Source: Ignavibacteriota bacterium (GTDB taxonomy: Bacteria; Bacteroidota; Ignavibacteria; Tepidaquicellales; Tepidaquicellaceae). From it: a DNA stretch of 64,000 bases. Positions within the stretch are counted from its first letter, which is position 1. Each line of letters opens with the position of its first letter. The notes under the pieces were generated by a model. That model ran no database searches, was not told the origin of the DNA, and was given only the letters and a program-made list of their open reading frames with translations. Of this stretch, positions 56,438 through 64,000 are shown one piece after another. Where the stretch lies: the NCBI GenBank assembly GCA_020437545.1, contig JAGQWH010000005.1, forward strand, positions 229 to 64,228. Reading direction: 5' to 3'. The position numbers and the translations under genes were made by a program.

Positions 56438-57544
56438 TTAAAAAATTTCTCTGATGCATTCTATGGTTCTGTTTATCTGATCCTCTGTAATTGCAAGACC
56501 ACTCGGAATGTAAAATCCCATTTCGGATAATTCTTCAGCAACAGGATATTTTTCATTTACAAACAAATTCATTTTCTTAAATACCGGCTGAAGATTCATA
56601 GGATAGAAAAATGGTCTGGTTCCGATTTTTTGATCTGCTAATTTTTTCATTGCTTCCTCTGCATTTATTCCTGCATCCCGTTTTATTACTATCCCGTAAA
56701 CCCAGTATATGTTATCCGAATATTCTGTCTTTTCCATAGGAAGTCTGATATTCTTAAGATCATTTAAGCCTTCGTTATACATTTTGCCTGTATGTCTTTT
56801 CTTTTCAATGAATTCATCAAGTCTTTCAAACTGAGCCAGTCCAAGTGCAGCCTGAAGATTGGTCATCCTGAAATTAAATCCGAGTTCGTCATGCACAAAT
56901 CTCTTCCCGGGCTGAAAGCATAAATTTCTAAGTGACCTGCACTTCTCTGCTGTTTCTTCATCATCAGTTAAGATCATTCCGCCTTCACCTGTTGTAATAT
57001 GTTTATTCGGATAAAAACTGAATGTACTTACATCACCAAAACTCCCGCATTGTTTGCCTTTATATGTCTGACCAATTAATTCTGCTGCATCTTCTATGAT
57101 CTTCAGATTATGTTTTAATGCCAGCTTTTCGAGAGGATCCATATCAACTGGAAGTCCATAAATATGAACTGCCATAATGGCTTTTGTTCTTGAAGTTATT
57201 TTCGCTTCGATCTGATCCACATTCATATTCCATGTATCAGATTCGGAATCTATAAGCACAGGAATTCCTCCGGCTCTTATAACTGCAGAAGCACAAGAAA
57301 TGATTGTAAATGCAGGCATTATTACTTCATCATCTTTTCCTATACCTGCAGCAATTACAGCCGCTTCAAGTGCTGCTGTTCCGTTACAGACAGCAATACC
57401 GTATTTTCTTCCGGCTCTCTGTGAAAATTCATCTTCAAATTTTTTTACAAAAGGACCCTCAGATGAAATCCAGCCTGTATCTATGCATTCTTCAAGATAT
57501 TTTTTTTCATTGCCGGTCAGCAATGGTTCATTTACGGGAATCAT
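56438..57544 (-). CDS. DegT-family sugar aminotransferase
   Basis: 368 aa. MIPVNEPLLTGNEKKYL, and PLP-lysine block SFYPNKHITTGEGG. Confidence 0.9.
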   Translation of the reverse strand: MIPVNEPLLTGNEKKYLEECIDTGWISSEGPFVKKFEDEFSQRAGRKYGIAVCNGTAALEAAVIAAGIGKDDEVIMPAFTIISCASAVIRAGGIPVLIDSESDTWNMNVDQIEAKITSRTKAIMAVHIYGLPVDMDPLEKLALKHNLKIIEDAAELIGQTYKGKQCGSFGDVSTFSFYPNKHITTGEGGMILTDDEETAEKCRSLRNLCFQPGKRFVHDELGFNFRMTNLQAALGLAQFERLDEFIEKKRHTGKMYNEGLNDLKNIRLPMEKTEYSDNIYWVYGIVIKRDAGINAEEAMKKLADQKIGTRPFFYPMNLQPVFKKMNLFVNEKYPVAEELSEMGFYIPSGLAITEDQINRTIECIREIF

Positions 57545-57981
57545 TTCTTATTATTTTTAATGTTAATCTTTTCATCACTTACAGATTCAAATCTTGTTTT
57601 ATCCCCGTCACCGGCGTAAGGTCCCTGTTTCACTTCTACCATTTCCAGTTCCTCCAGAACTTCAAATCCGTGACCTCCAGTTGAAAGTAAAATTATATCT
57701 CCGTCAGATAATACCCTGCTTTCAAGATAATTCTGATTATCATCATAAAAGTCAACTCTTAGCTTCCCTTTTTTAATGAACAGCACTTCCTGTGTGAATT
57801 GTACTTCCCTCTTCACCGGATTGTGAACATGCGGATCGATTTTTTTTCCGGTAGGATGCTTCATATAAGCAAGCTGCTGGGATAATTCATTTGGAGTAAA
57901 AAAATGGATCCCCTCTTCACGGAAACTGCTCTTTAAAATTATCGCAAGGAGCTGTTCATTTTGTTTTATATATTCGACCAT
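57541..57981 (-). CDS. Small cupin-fold protein (possible sugar ketoisomerase/epimerase; WbuC/WxcM-like)
   Basis: 146 aa. IDPHVHNP...EVLFIKKGKLRVDFYD...GDIILLSTGGHGFEV is the metal-binding pattern of a cupin barrel. The exact family was not resolved by eye. Confidence 0.55.
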   Translation of the reverse strand: MVEYIKQNEQLLAIILKSSFREEGIHFFTPNELSQQLAYMKHPTGKKIDPHVHNPVKREVQFTQEVLFIKKGKLRVDFYDDNQNYLESRVLSDGDIILLSTGGHGFEVLEELEMVEVKQGPYAGDGDKTRFESVSDEKINIKNNKK

Positions 57982-58016
57982 TAAATTTTAATTAATAAGT
58001 TGATTCCCGAATTTGA

Positions 58017-59003
58017 TCAGTGATAAACAACAAATTTTTCACTGATACTTTTCTGGATATAATAATTTAATATATCTTTTAAACTCTCTTCCAGAGGGAT
58101 CACGTTTTCCCATCCTGTCTCGGATTTGATCTTGTCATTGCTCCCTATTATCACCGGATTTTCTCTGGGTCGTTTTAATTTCTTATCCTCGCAGATAATT
58201 ATCTTTATGTCCAGTATCTCACTCATTATCTGAATTATATTATGAAGAGATATACCGAATCCACTGCAGACATTATATACTTCACCTTTTTTTCCTTTAA
58301 GAAATAACTCATGGTATGCGCGCACTACATCCCTAACATCTATAAAATCCCTTATGACCGACACATCCCCGGCAAGAAGGAATTCATTATGATTATTTCT
58401 TTTTATCTCTGCTATTTGTTTTGCAAAAGATGAAATGGCAAATTCATCACTCTGTCCCGGTCCGATATGATTGAACGATCTTGTCATCACAATATCCATT
58501 CCGTAAACATCCGAATAGAGTTTACCCACAAGCTCCTGAGAGTATCTGGCAATTCCAAACGGACTTGTCGGATTCAGTTTATACTCTTCTTTTAATGGAA
58601 GTTTGGAAATTTCTACAGTTCCGTATTCTTCGGATGAACCCACTGAAATGATCCTGCAATTGATCCCGATCCTTCTGATATCCTCCAGAAGGTCAATGAA
58701 TATATTTACATTGTTTTGAAAACTGTTAACCGGACTCTTCCAGCTTTCGGCTACACTGCTGTTGGAAGCAAGATGCAGAATGTAATTCGGACTGAAATCA
58801 TAAATGATCTTACTGATCTTTTCACGGTCTCGAAGATCCGATCTTACGAATTTTACCTTTGTATTTTTAAGATCATTAATCTTAAATGACGGATTTATAA
58901 TATCTATTCCAAGTATAGATGCATCAAACGAATTATCGTTAATATATTTTGTAAAATTCTTACCTACAAATCCCGAAAATCCTGTAACTAAATATTTATG
59001 CAA
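58017..59003 (-). CDS. Extended-SDR NAD-dependent epimerase/dehydratase/reductase (Rmd/GMD-like) with an atypical active-site block
   Basis: 328 aa. YLVTGFSGFVGKN, VGSSEEYG and RSFNHIGPGQ. Where the SPYxxSK catalytic block is expected the sequence reads SPFGIAR. Confidence 0.75.
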   Translation of the reverse strand: MHKYLVTGFSGFVGKNFTKYINDNSFDASILGIDIINPSFKINDLKNTKVKFVRSDLRDREKISKIIYDFSPNYILHLASNSSVAESWKSPVNSFQNNVNIFIDLLEDIRRIGINCRIISVGSSEEYGTVEISKLPLKEEYKLNPTSPFGIARYSQELVGKLYSDVYGMDIVMTRSFNHIGPGQSDEFAISSFAKQIAEIKRNNHNEFLLAGDVSVIRDFIDVRDVVRAYHELFLKGKKGEVYNVCSGFGISLHNIIQIMSEILDIKIIICEDKKLKRPRENPVIIGSNDKIKSETGWENVIPLEESLKDILNYYIQKSISEKFVVYH

Positions 59004-59009
59004 AAAATA

Positions 59010-60296
59010 TTATATCCTCTCTGTTTTTTTTAAGAGTCCTTTTTCTTCAAGCCTCAAAGCTGACTCATGTAACAGTTCAAAAGGCAATCCGCTTCTTTCC
59101 GCAATGCTTATCATATCATTCTTACCATCAGACAGATTCAGCATCCACATTATTGAAGATACTGCTTCCTCAGTATTTTTTGATGAACCAATTGTCGGAT
59201 ACAGATCTCTTTTTCCAAGCTGAGGTTCACATTCAGGAAGCTGATTTATGTATGTATAATTGTTTTCAATAACATTCAGGATCTCAATATACATTCTCAC
59301 TGATTCTACCATTGCTTCAAATGAAATGAAATCCTTATTGTCGGCTGAAGTATGATATTCTTTATATTTGCCGTATCTTGTTCGCATAAGTGATCCGACA
59401 GGCAGATCAAAACCGGGTGAACAATACTGCCTTTCATCACTTCCGGTCGGGAAAAAATCTTCAGTGTTGAATTCATTTCCTTTCTCTCTTAGTACAAGCA
59501 TTGCCGCTCTGTCAGATAATGAATCCCCACGTCTGCTTTTTTTGTATGTGAAATTTCCACCATCTCCAATACATGTTATTACATACCCCGCATTAAGATT
59601 TTTCTTAAGATAATCACCGTTAACCGACAGATAATAGATACTGCCGATAGTTTCAGGCAAATAAACTGTTCTGTATGTGTATCGTAGATTCTTCTTTCTG
59701 CTTAATTCTCTGTTAATGAATGCAGCAACCAGCGGTCCGGATAATTCATTATTTGCCATAGAAGGATGGCAGATATAAGTTGAGAGTAAAATTTCTTTAT
59801 CAGTATTACCTTTTATCTTACTCTCACCAATAGTCATTGATCCTGAACGATCAAATTCCGTATCGATCAGAACTTCATATGTCTCATCTTTTAACTCTTT
59901 TAATTGTCTGTCACTCAGACAAAATCCCCATCGCTTTTTATAATATGAAGTAAGATAAGGTATTACATCAGGTTGTCCGGGTAATGAGAATAAATGTTTT
60001 TTTAAATCTGTAAGACTTAGCTTACCGGAATAGCTCTCTGAATAACCGAGCAAATGAAGATTGTTATCCTTAAAATCAATTATCTTTTTTCCTTTACTGT
60101 CCATTATCCTGGCTTCGTTCACATTCCATTCTTCTGGAACTTTCCAGTCAAAGCATTCTGTACCTGAAGGGATCTCTGAAATTTTTATTTTAGATATCTC
60201 TGATAAAATTTTCAGAGTCTCTCTGTTACCGTTTCCGGTCAGACTCCTGTTTAATGGCCAGAGCCTGTCAAAATATTTTTCGAGTTCTTCCTTCAA
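59010..60296 (-). CDS. DUF4910/DUF2172 aminopeptidase-like (M28-fold) domain protein with C-terminal winged-helix
   Basis: 428 aa. YFDRLWPLNRSLTGNGNRETLKIL...CFDWKVPEEWNV...CHPSMANNELSGPLV...YLPETIGSIYYL matches my recollection of this family. Confidence 0.55.
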   Translation of the reverse strand: MKEELEKYFDRLWPLNRSLTGNGNRETLKILSEISKIKISEIPSGTECFDWKVPEEWNVNEARIMDSKGKKIIDFKDNNLHLLGYSESYSGKLSLTDLKKHLFSLPGQPDVIPYLTSYYKKRWGFCLSDRQLKELKDETYEVLIDTEFDRSGSMTIGESKIKGNTDKEILLSTYICHPSMANNELSGPLVAAFINRELSRKKNLRYTYRTVYLPETIGSIYYLSVNGDYLKKNLNAGYVITCIGDGGNFTYKKSRRGDSLSDRAAMLVLREKGNEFNTEDFFPTGSDERQYCSPGFDLPVGSLMRTRYGKYKEYHTSADNKDFISFEAMVESVRMYIEILNVIENNYTYINQLPECEPQLGKRDLYPTIGSSKNTEEAVSSIMWMLNLSDGKNDMISIAERSGLPFELLHESALRLEEKGLLKKTERI

Positions 60297-61114
60297 ATAT
60301 TTTTATCTGAATTAGAATTTATTCTGTAAAGCATTCCCAATGTCTTTCCGTCTTTAATTAATTTTGAAGCTTCGTCATAAACAGTGCGGGCTTTGATAAC
60401 GTGCATCCCGGTTCCTTCCATAGGTCTGTCTCCCTTGTATAATCCTTTTGACCAGAGTAATTCTTCCATTGGTTTTACATCTGTCTCAACTCCAATATCA
60501 GTTTTTCTGGAATACACATTGTATTCTTTCACCGCTTCATTTCCGTTTTTATCTATATATCTGCCTTTGAAAGTTTTATGAAACCTGTTTGGAGCATTTT
60601 CAGACTCTTCTATGAAATGATAATATGTCATGCAAAATTCACCTGCGACATCTATTGCGGCTATTTTACCGTCAAATTCCGTAAGTATTGCAAAAGGCGA
60701 ATCTTTTCCGAAAGCACTGTAGTTATCAAGATCTTCAAATTCATTTTTATAATATCCCGCAGCAGTTAATGAAAACATAGGATGTCCGGTTCTGACAAAA
60801 GCTTTATGGTTCCTTGCTGTCTCTGTCAATATGCCGGTTTCAGATTTCGAATTTCTGATATCAAACGGGATCCCTTTTGTGAATCCAAAATTATAAACAG
60901 GAAAAATTAGAGTTCCTTTTTCCCCGACTGCATTCATAAGTGACTGCAGTATATCTTCCGGTGAAATTTCGATTCCTCTGTTTTTGTATTTTTTAAAAAA
61001 AGAAGAAAGTGAACTGTGTACAAGCACCATGTCATTTTTCTCCAGTCCGCTCTTTAACCAGTTCTCTGTTAACTCTTTTACTAATTCCTTATTCAAATAC
61101 AGTAGCTCCTGCAT
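60293..61114 (-). CDS. AAC(3)-family (Antibiotic_NAT) N-acetyltransferase-like protein
   Basis: 273 aa. GLEKNDMVLVHSSLSSF...GTLIFPVYNF...LTE...HPMFSL is the aminoglycoside 3-N-acetyltransferase-family pattern. It has a 4-nt overlap with the DUF4910 gene. Confidence 0.65.
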   Translation of the reverse strand: MQELLYLNKELVKELTENWLKSGLEKNDMVLVHSSLSSFFKKYKNRGIEISPEDILQSLMNAVGEKGTLIFPVYNFGFTKGIPFDIRNSKSETGILTETARNHKAFVRTGHPMFSLTAAGYYKNEFEDLDNYSAFGKDSPFAILTEFDGKIAAIDVAGEFCMTYYHFIEESENAPNRFHKTFKGRYIDKNGNEAVKEYNVYSRKTDIGVETDVKPMEELLWSKGLYKGDRPMEGTGMHVIKARTVYDEASKLIKDGKTLGMLYRINSNSDKNI

Positions 61115-61117
61115 AAA

Positions 61118-62314
61118 TTATAAACCGAGTAATTCAATTATTTTTTCTCCCGCTGCCTCTGATGCTTTGCCGGGATTATAGCTTAACTGTTTTGCAAACT
61201 CTCTTCTCTTTTCAGATAGCTTATCAGGATCCGCAAGAGATTCATTTATTACATCTGACAATTTTTCAATATCATAAACAACCTCACCGACGTGACGACC
61301 GGCGTTTGCTTTAGGATCATTTTTTACAAACTCGGCAGTTGTATCTCCAAATGTGGAATATGTTTTTTTAAGTGTCTTTTCAAAAAAATCCGGGCAGTCT
61401 ATATATATTACAGGTTTGTCAAGCATAATGAATTCAAGCGCTACACTGCTGACATCTGTTACCATTACATCTGCAGCTTCAAGCAGCGGATCAACATTGT
61501 TTGACGGAACATGTCTGAAGTTTTCGTATCTGTCAAATTCCTCAAGTTCTTTAATCCAGTTTACTCCTCCTGTATAAAATAAATAATTCGGTCCGTTTTC
61601 GGGACAATAGCTTATAGGATGTAATTTTACAATTAAATTTATATTACCGGTCTTCAGTATATTCTCAATTACTTTTTTCCCGAACTTCCTGAGAGACAAT
61701 CCTTCGTCCCATGAAGGAGCATAAAGAACTGTCTTTCTTGACGGATCCAGATTTAATCCGGACAAAATCTCTTCTCTGTTATATTCACCATTAAGTAGTT
61801 TATCAGATTTCGAATATCCTGTATCAAAAAGCTTAATGTCCATATCCTCTAGACCGTATTTTCTGATTGTATTTTCTGTCTGCTCCCGGTGTAAAGGACT
61901 TGTCAGAAAATGTACATCAAAATTTACAAATTCACTTTTCTGATATGACTCATACTTTACAGGTTGATTATGATTGATATGTATCTTCAATGATTTTTTA
62001 TTTCCTTCCCCGTAAATGTGCGGTGAAAGAAATATGTCAGCCCGGGAAAATTCCTTGCTGAGATTTACACTGAACTGTTTTTCCTCAGGTATTTCAAATA
62101 TTTTCAGAATTTCGTCTCCGGGATAATGCGTAGCAATATAATAGGAAATTTTGTTTGTCTTCTTTTTTAAAGCATTGTAAACAGGAAGTATGTATGGAAC
62201 AAATGAAAGTTCTTCAATATCAAGTATTATAATTTTCTTACCGCTTAACTTATCCTTAAGCATCCTGGATTTGATCTCCGCTGCTTTCAGAGATGATGTG
62301 CTTATAAGACCCAA
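61118..62314 (-). CDS. CDP-glycerol glycerophosphotransferase (TagB/TagF) family phosphotransferase
   Basis: 398 aa. KTVLYAPSWDEG, LIVKLHP and DVMVTDVSSVALEFIMLDKPVIYID are the Glyphos_transf signature blocks. Confidence 0.7.
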   Translation of the reverse strand: MGLISTSSLKAAEIKSRMLKDKLSGKKIIILDIEELSFVPYILPVYNALKKKTNKISYYIATHYPGDEILKIFEIPEEKQFSVNLSKEFSRADIFLSPHIYGEGNKKSLKIHINHNQPVKYESYQKSEFVNFDVHFLTSPLHREQTENTIRKYGLEDMDIKLFDTGYSKSDKLLNGEYNREEILSGLNLDPSRKTVLYAPSWDEGLSLRKFGKKVIENILKTGNINLIVKLHPISYCPENGPNYLFYTGGVNWIKELEEFDRYENFRHVPSNNVDPLLEAADVMVTDVSSVALEFIMLDKPVIYIDCPDFFEKTLKKTYSTFGDTTAEFVKNDPKANAGRHVGEVVYDIEKLSDVINESLADPDKLSEKRREFAKQLSYNPGKASEAAGEKIIELLGL

Positions 62315-63451
62315 CTATGAAATGTTGCTTAATATTTTGACAATATTTTCTTTTGTTAATTTTCTTGGATTATTCTTTAATCTTTCCGTATTCACATTTT
62401 CTGAGATCAGCTTTATAGATTCTTCCCCTCTTATATTCAGCTCACTCAATTTTGTTTTCAGACCGGCTGAAATTATAAGTTCATTTATATTTCTTTTTAA
62501 TTCATCAATATCTTTACAATCGCATAACTTTGCCAATTCAAGAAGCTTTGCTTTTATTTCGCCAGTAGAAATACCTTCATTAATATCATCTTCAGTTACT
62601 TCAAAATTAAACTCAAGAAACTCTCCAAGCGAAATACAGACTGCCTGTCCGTGCGATACACCAAAATGTGATGTCATAAAATATGATAATGCATGCGGTG
62701 CGGTTGTCTTTGTAATGTTAATTGCTTTACCTGCAAGATGCGCCGCTCTGGACATGTTTATTCTTGATTCTTCATCTCCTTCATTTACAGCTTTGGATAA
62801 ACTGTCAAAGATTAGCTGTATTGCCTCTGTACTGTATTTTCGTGATTCTTCATTAGCATTAACATTCCAGTAAGATTCCATTGCCTGTGAAAATGCATCA
62901 ATTCCGGAAGTTGCGGTAATCTCTTTCGGTAAACTGAATGTAAGCTGCGGATCAATAACTGAATAATCCGGCAGAATGTATTCATGAGCCAGTGAATATT
63001 TTTTATCCCCGGAATATACTACCGCAAAATGAGTTGCCTCGCTGCCTGCCCCGGAAGTAGTCGGAACGGCTATAAGAGGTTTCCCTTTTCTTACAATTTC
63101 ACTTTCACCTTTTAATATCTGCTCCGGACTGTTTGTCTGATAGCTTAATACATTCACAGACTTTGCAATGTCAATTACACTGCCGCCGCCTACAGCCAGT
63201 ACAGTATCGCTCTGAGTTTCAATAAAGCTATCCATTCCTTTTATCACATCCGTTAGCTTTGGATTTTCAGTAAAGTCTGAGAAATAATTTACATTATACC
63301 ATTTCAAAATTTCTTCAAGTAATTTTTCAGCTCCCGAAGTTTCATATGAACTTTTACCTCTTACTAAAAAAATATTCTTTGAGTTAATGGATTTTAATAT
63401 CTCTGAAATATTCTGTATAGCGCCTGTTCCAAAATATTCTTTAGTATTCAA
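62315..63451 (-). CDS. Iron-containing (group III) alcohol dehydrogenase; candidate phosphonoacetaldehyde reductase
   Basis: 378 aa. AVGGGSVIDIAKS, LIAVPTTSGAGSEATHFAVVY and the HALSY...HGQAV metal-His region. The stop-to-start spacing to the adjacent decarboxylase is only 3 nt. Confidence 0.8.
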   Translation of the reverse strand: MNTKEYFGTGAIQNISEILKSINSKNIFLVRGKSSYETSGAEKLLEEILKWYNVNYFSDFTENPKLTDVIKGMDSFIETQSDTVLAVGGGSVIDIAKSVNVLSYQTNSPEQILKGESEIVRKGKPLIAVPTTSGAGSEATHFAVVYSGDKKYSLAHEYILPDYSVIDPQLTFSLPKEITATSGIDAFSQAMESYWNVNANEESRKYSTEAIQLIFDSLSKAVNEGDEESRINMSRAAHLAGKAINITKTTAPHALSYFMTSHFGVSHGQAVCISLGEFLEFNFEVTEDDINEGISTGEIKAKLLELAKLCDCKDIDELKRNINELIISAGLKTKLSELNIRGEESIKLISENVNTERLKNNPRKLTKENIVKILSNIS

Positions 63452-63454
63452 TTC

Positions 63455-64000
63455 TTATTTATTCAAAAGATAATTCATAAATGCTTCCTTGTTCTGATGA
63501 GGCGAGGTTGTAGGTCTTCCAAGATCTTTTCTTGCGCCTTTGCTGACTTTTATTTCCAGAAATGAAGGACCGGCGCTGTTCATTAATTTGTTAATTTCAT
63601 TTTTGATACCGGTTTCATCTTGAGCTGAAGAAACGGATTTATAACCACAGGCTTTTGCTATTTCCGTAAAGTTAATTTCAAACCCGGCCGTCGGCTGTCC
63701 GCCAACCGAATCATGCGCTCCGTTGTTAATTACAATATGCTTAAAATTTTCAGGAGCCTCAGAACCTGAAATTGCAAGCGAACCCATCTGCATTATCACT
63801 GCTCCGTCTCCGTCCAATACAAACACCTGCAGATCCTTTTTCTCAATTGCAATTCCAAGAGCTATCTGCGAGCAATGCCCCATTGATCCGACAGTTAAAA
63901 AATCATTCTGATGTCCCTGACCTTTTAATTCCCTGTATTCAAAGACTTCCCTTGAAGTCTTTCCGGTAGTGGATACGATCACATCATTTTCAGATATATT
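63455..64000 (-). CDS. aepY: Phosphonopyruvate decarboxylase (TPP-dependent), C-terminal part; N-terminus beyond window
   Basis: The reading frame is open to position 64000 (NISENDVIVSTTGKTSREVF...), so the track's GTG 'start' at 63982 is internal. DFLTVGSMGHCSQIALGIA, LDGDGAVIMQMGSLA, NNGAHDSVGGQPT and DLGRPTTSP are hallmark Ppd/AepY blocks. Confidence 0.8.
   Translation of the reverse strand, partial: NISENDVIVSTTGKTSREVFEYRELKGQGHQNDFLTVGSMGHCSQIALGIAIEKKDLQVFVLDGDGAVIMQMGSLAISGSEAPENFKHIVINNGAHDSVGGQPTAGFEINFTEIAKACGYKSVSSAQDETGIKNEINKLMNSAGPSFLEIKVSKGARKDLGRPTTSPHQNKEAFMNYLLNK

Noticed and set aside
57541-57981. Specific call as FdtA/QdtA dTDP-sugar 3,4-ketoisomerase
   Set aside because: The cupin fold is clear, but my by-eye comparison with my recollection of the FdtA sequence shows little direct similarity. 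I kept only a generic cupin call.
62190-62873. 227-aa plus-strand ORF
   Set aside because: It is antisense to the TagF-like and Fe-ADH genes. The extremely Ser/Phe/Ile/Leu-rich low-complexity translation has no motifs.
62315-63451. Fe-ADH as glycerol / glycerol-1-phosphate dehydrogenase feeding a conventional CDP-glycerol TagF reaction
   Set aside because: Not excluded, but ranked below the phosphonoacetaldehyde reductase interpretation. The gene is only 3 nt from a phosphonopyruvate decarboxylase, and no glycerol-3-phosphate cytidylyltransferase (TagD) is visible in the window.
1-64000. Mobile elements, tRNA/rRNA genes, prophage or defence-system genes
   Set aside because: Reading all ORF translations, none shows transposase (DDE), integrase (R-H-R-Y), nuclease/helicase defence signatures or phage structural motifs. 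No tRNA-like cloverleaf or rRNA-like conserved stretch was noticed in the few non-coding gaps.

Overview
AT-rich window, almost entirely coding and almost entirely on the minus strand. The C-terminal 'NYPNPFNP...' T9SS sorting domains suggest an Ignavibacteria/Bacteroidota-like (FCB-group) organism; this is inference only. The left ~8.5 kb holds a truncated secreted SGNH/DUF303 esterase that is missing from the ORF track, a membrane PP2C/SpoIIE phosphatase, two T9SS-sorted secreted proteins and a Wzi-like outer-membrane protein. From ~8.6 kb to the right edge runs one unidirectional, tightly packed surface-glycan biosynthesis locus of >55 kb and ~52 consecutive minus-strand CDSs. It contains a PglF/PglC/PglE-like initiating block, 9-10 GT4-type, 5 GT2-type and 2 GT-C-type transferases, and one Wzy-like polymerase. 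It also contains three AsnB-family amidotransferase paralogs (one without the glutaminase domain), a UDP-glucuronate 4-epimerase, four DegT-family aminotransferases, and several methyl-, acetyl-, formyl- and putative sulfo-transferases. Two CE4-like deacetylases, a WbqC protein, a TagF-type phosphotransferase and the start of a phosphonate branch (Fe-ADH plus phosphonopyruvate decarboxylase, cut by the window edge) complete it. I saw no rRNA, tRNA, CRISPR array, transposase or integrase. The points most worth follow-up are: the phosphonate/TagF-like tailoring end; an Arn/Lgm-like lipid-carrier amino-sugar module embedded in the locus; the glutaminase-less AsnB paralog; a 42-bp (21-bp phased) tandem array of CANNTG palindromes; and a 117-nt nested palindromic element sitting exactly in frame in the 5' end of a T9SS cargo gene. 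All functional calls rest on by-eye motif recognition. No database search was run.
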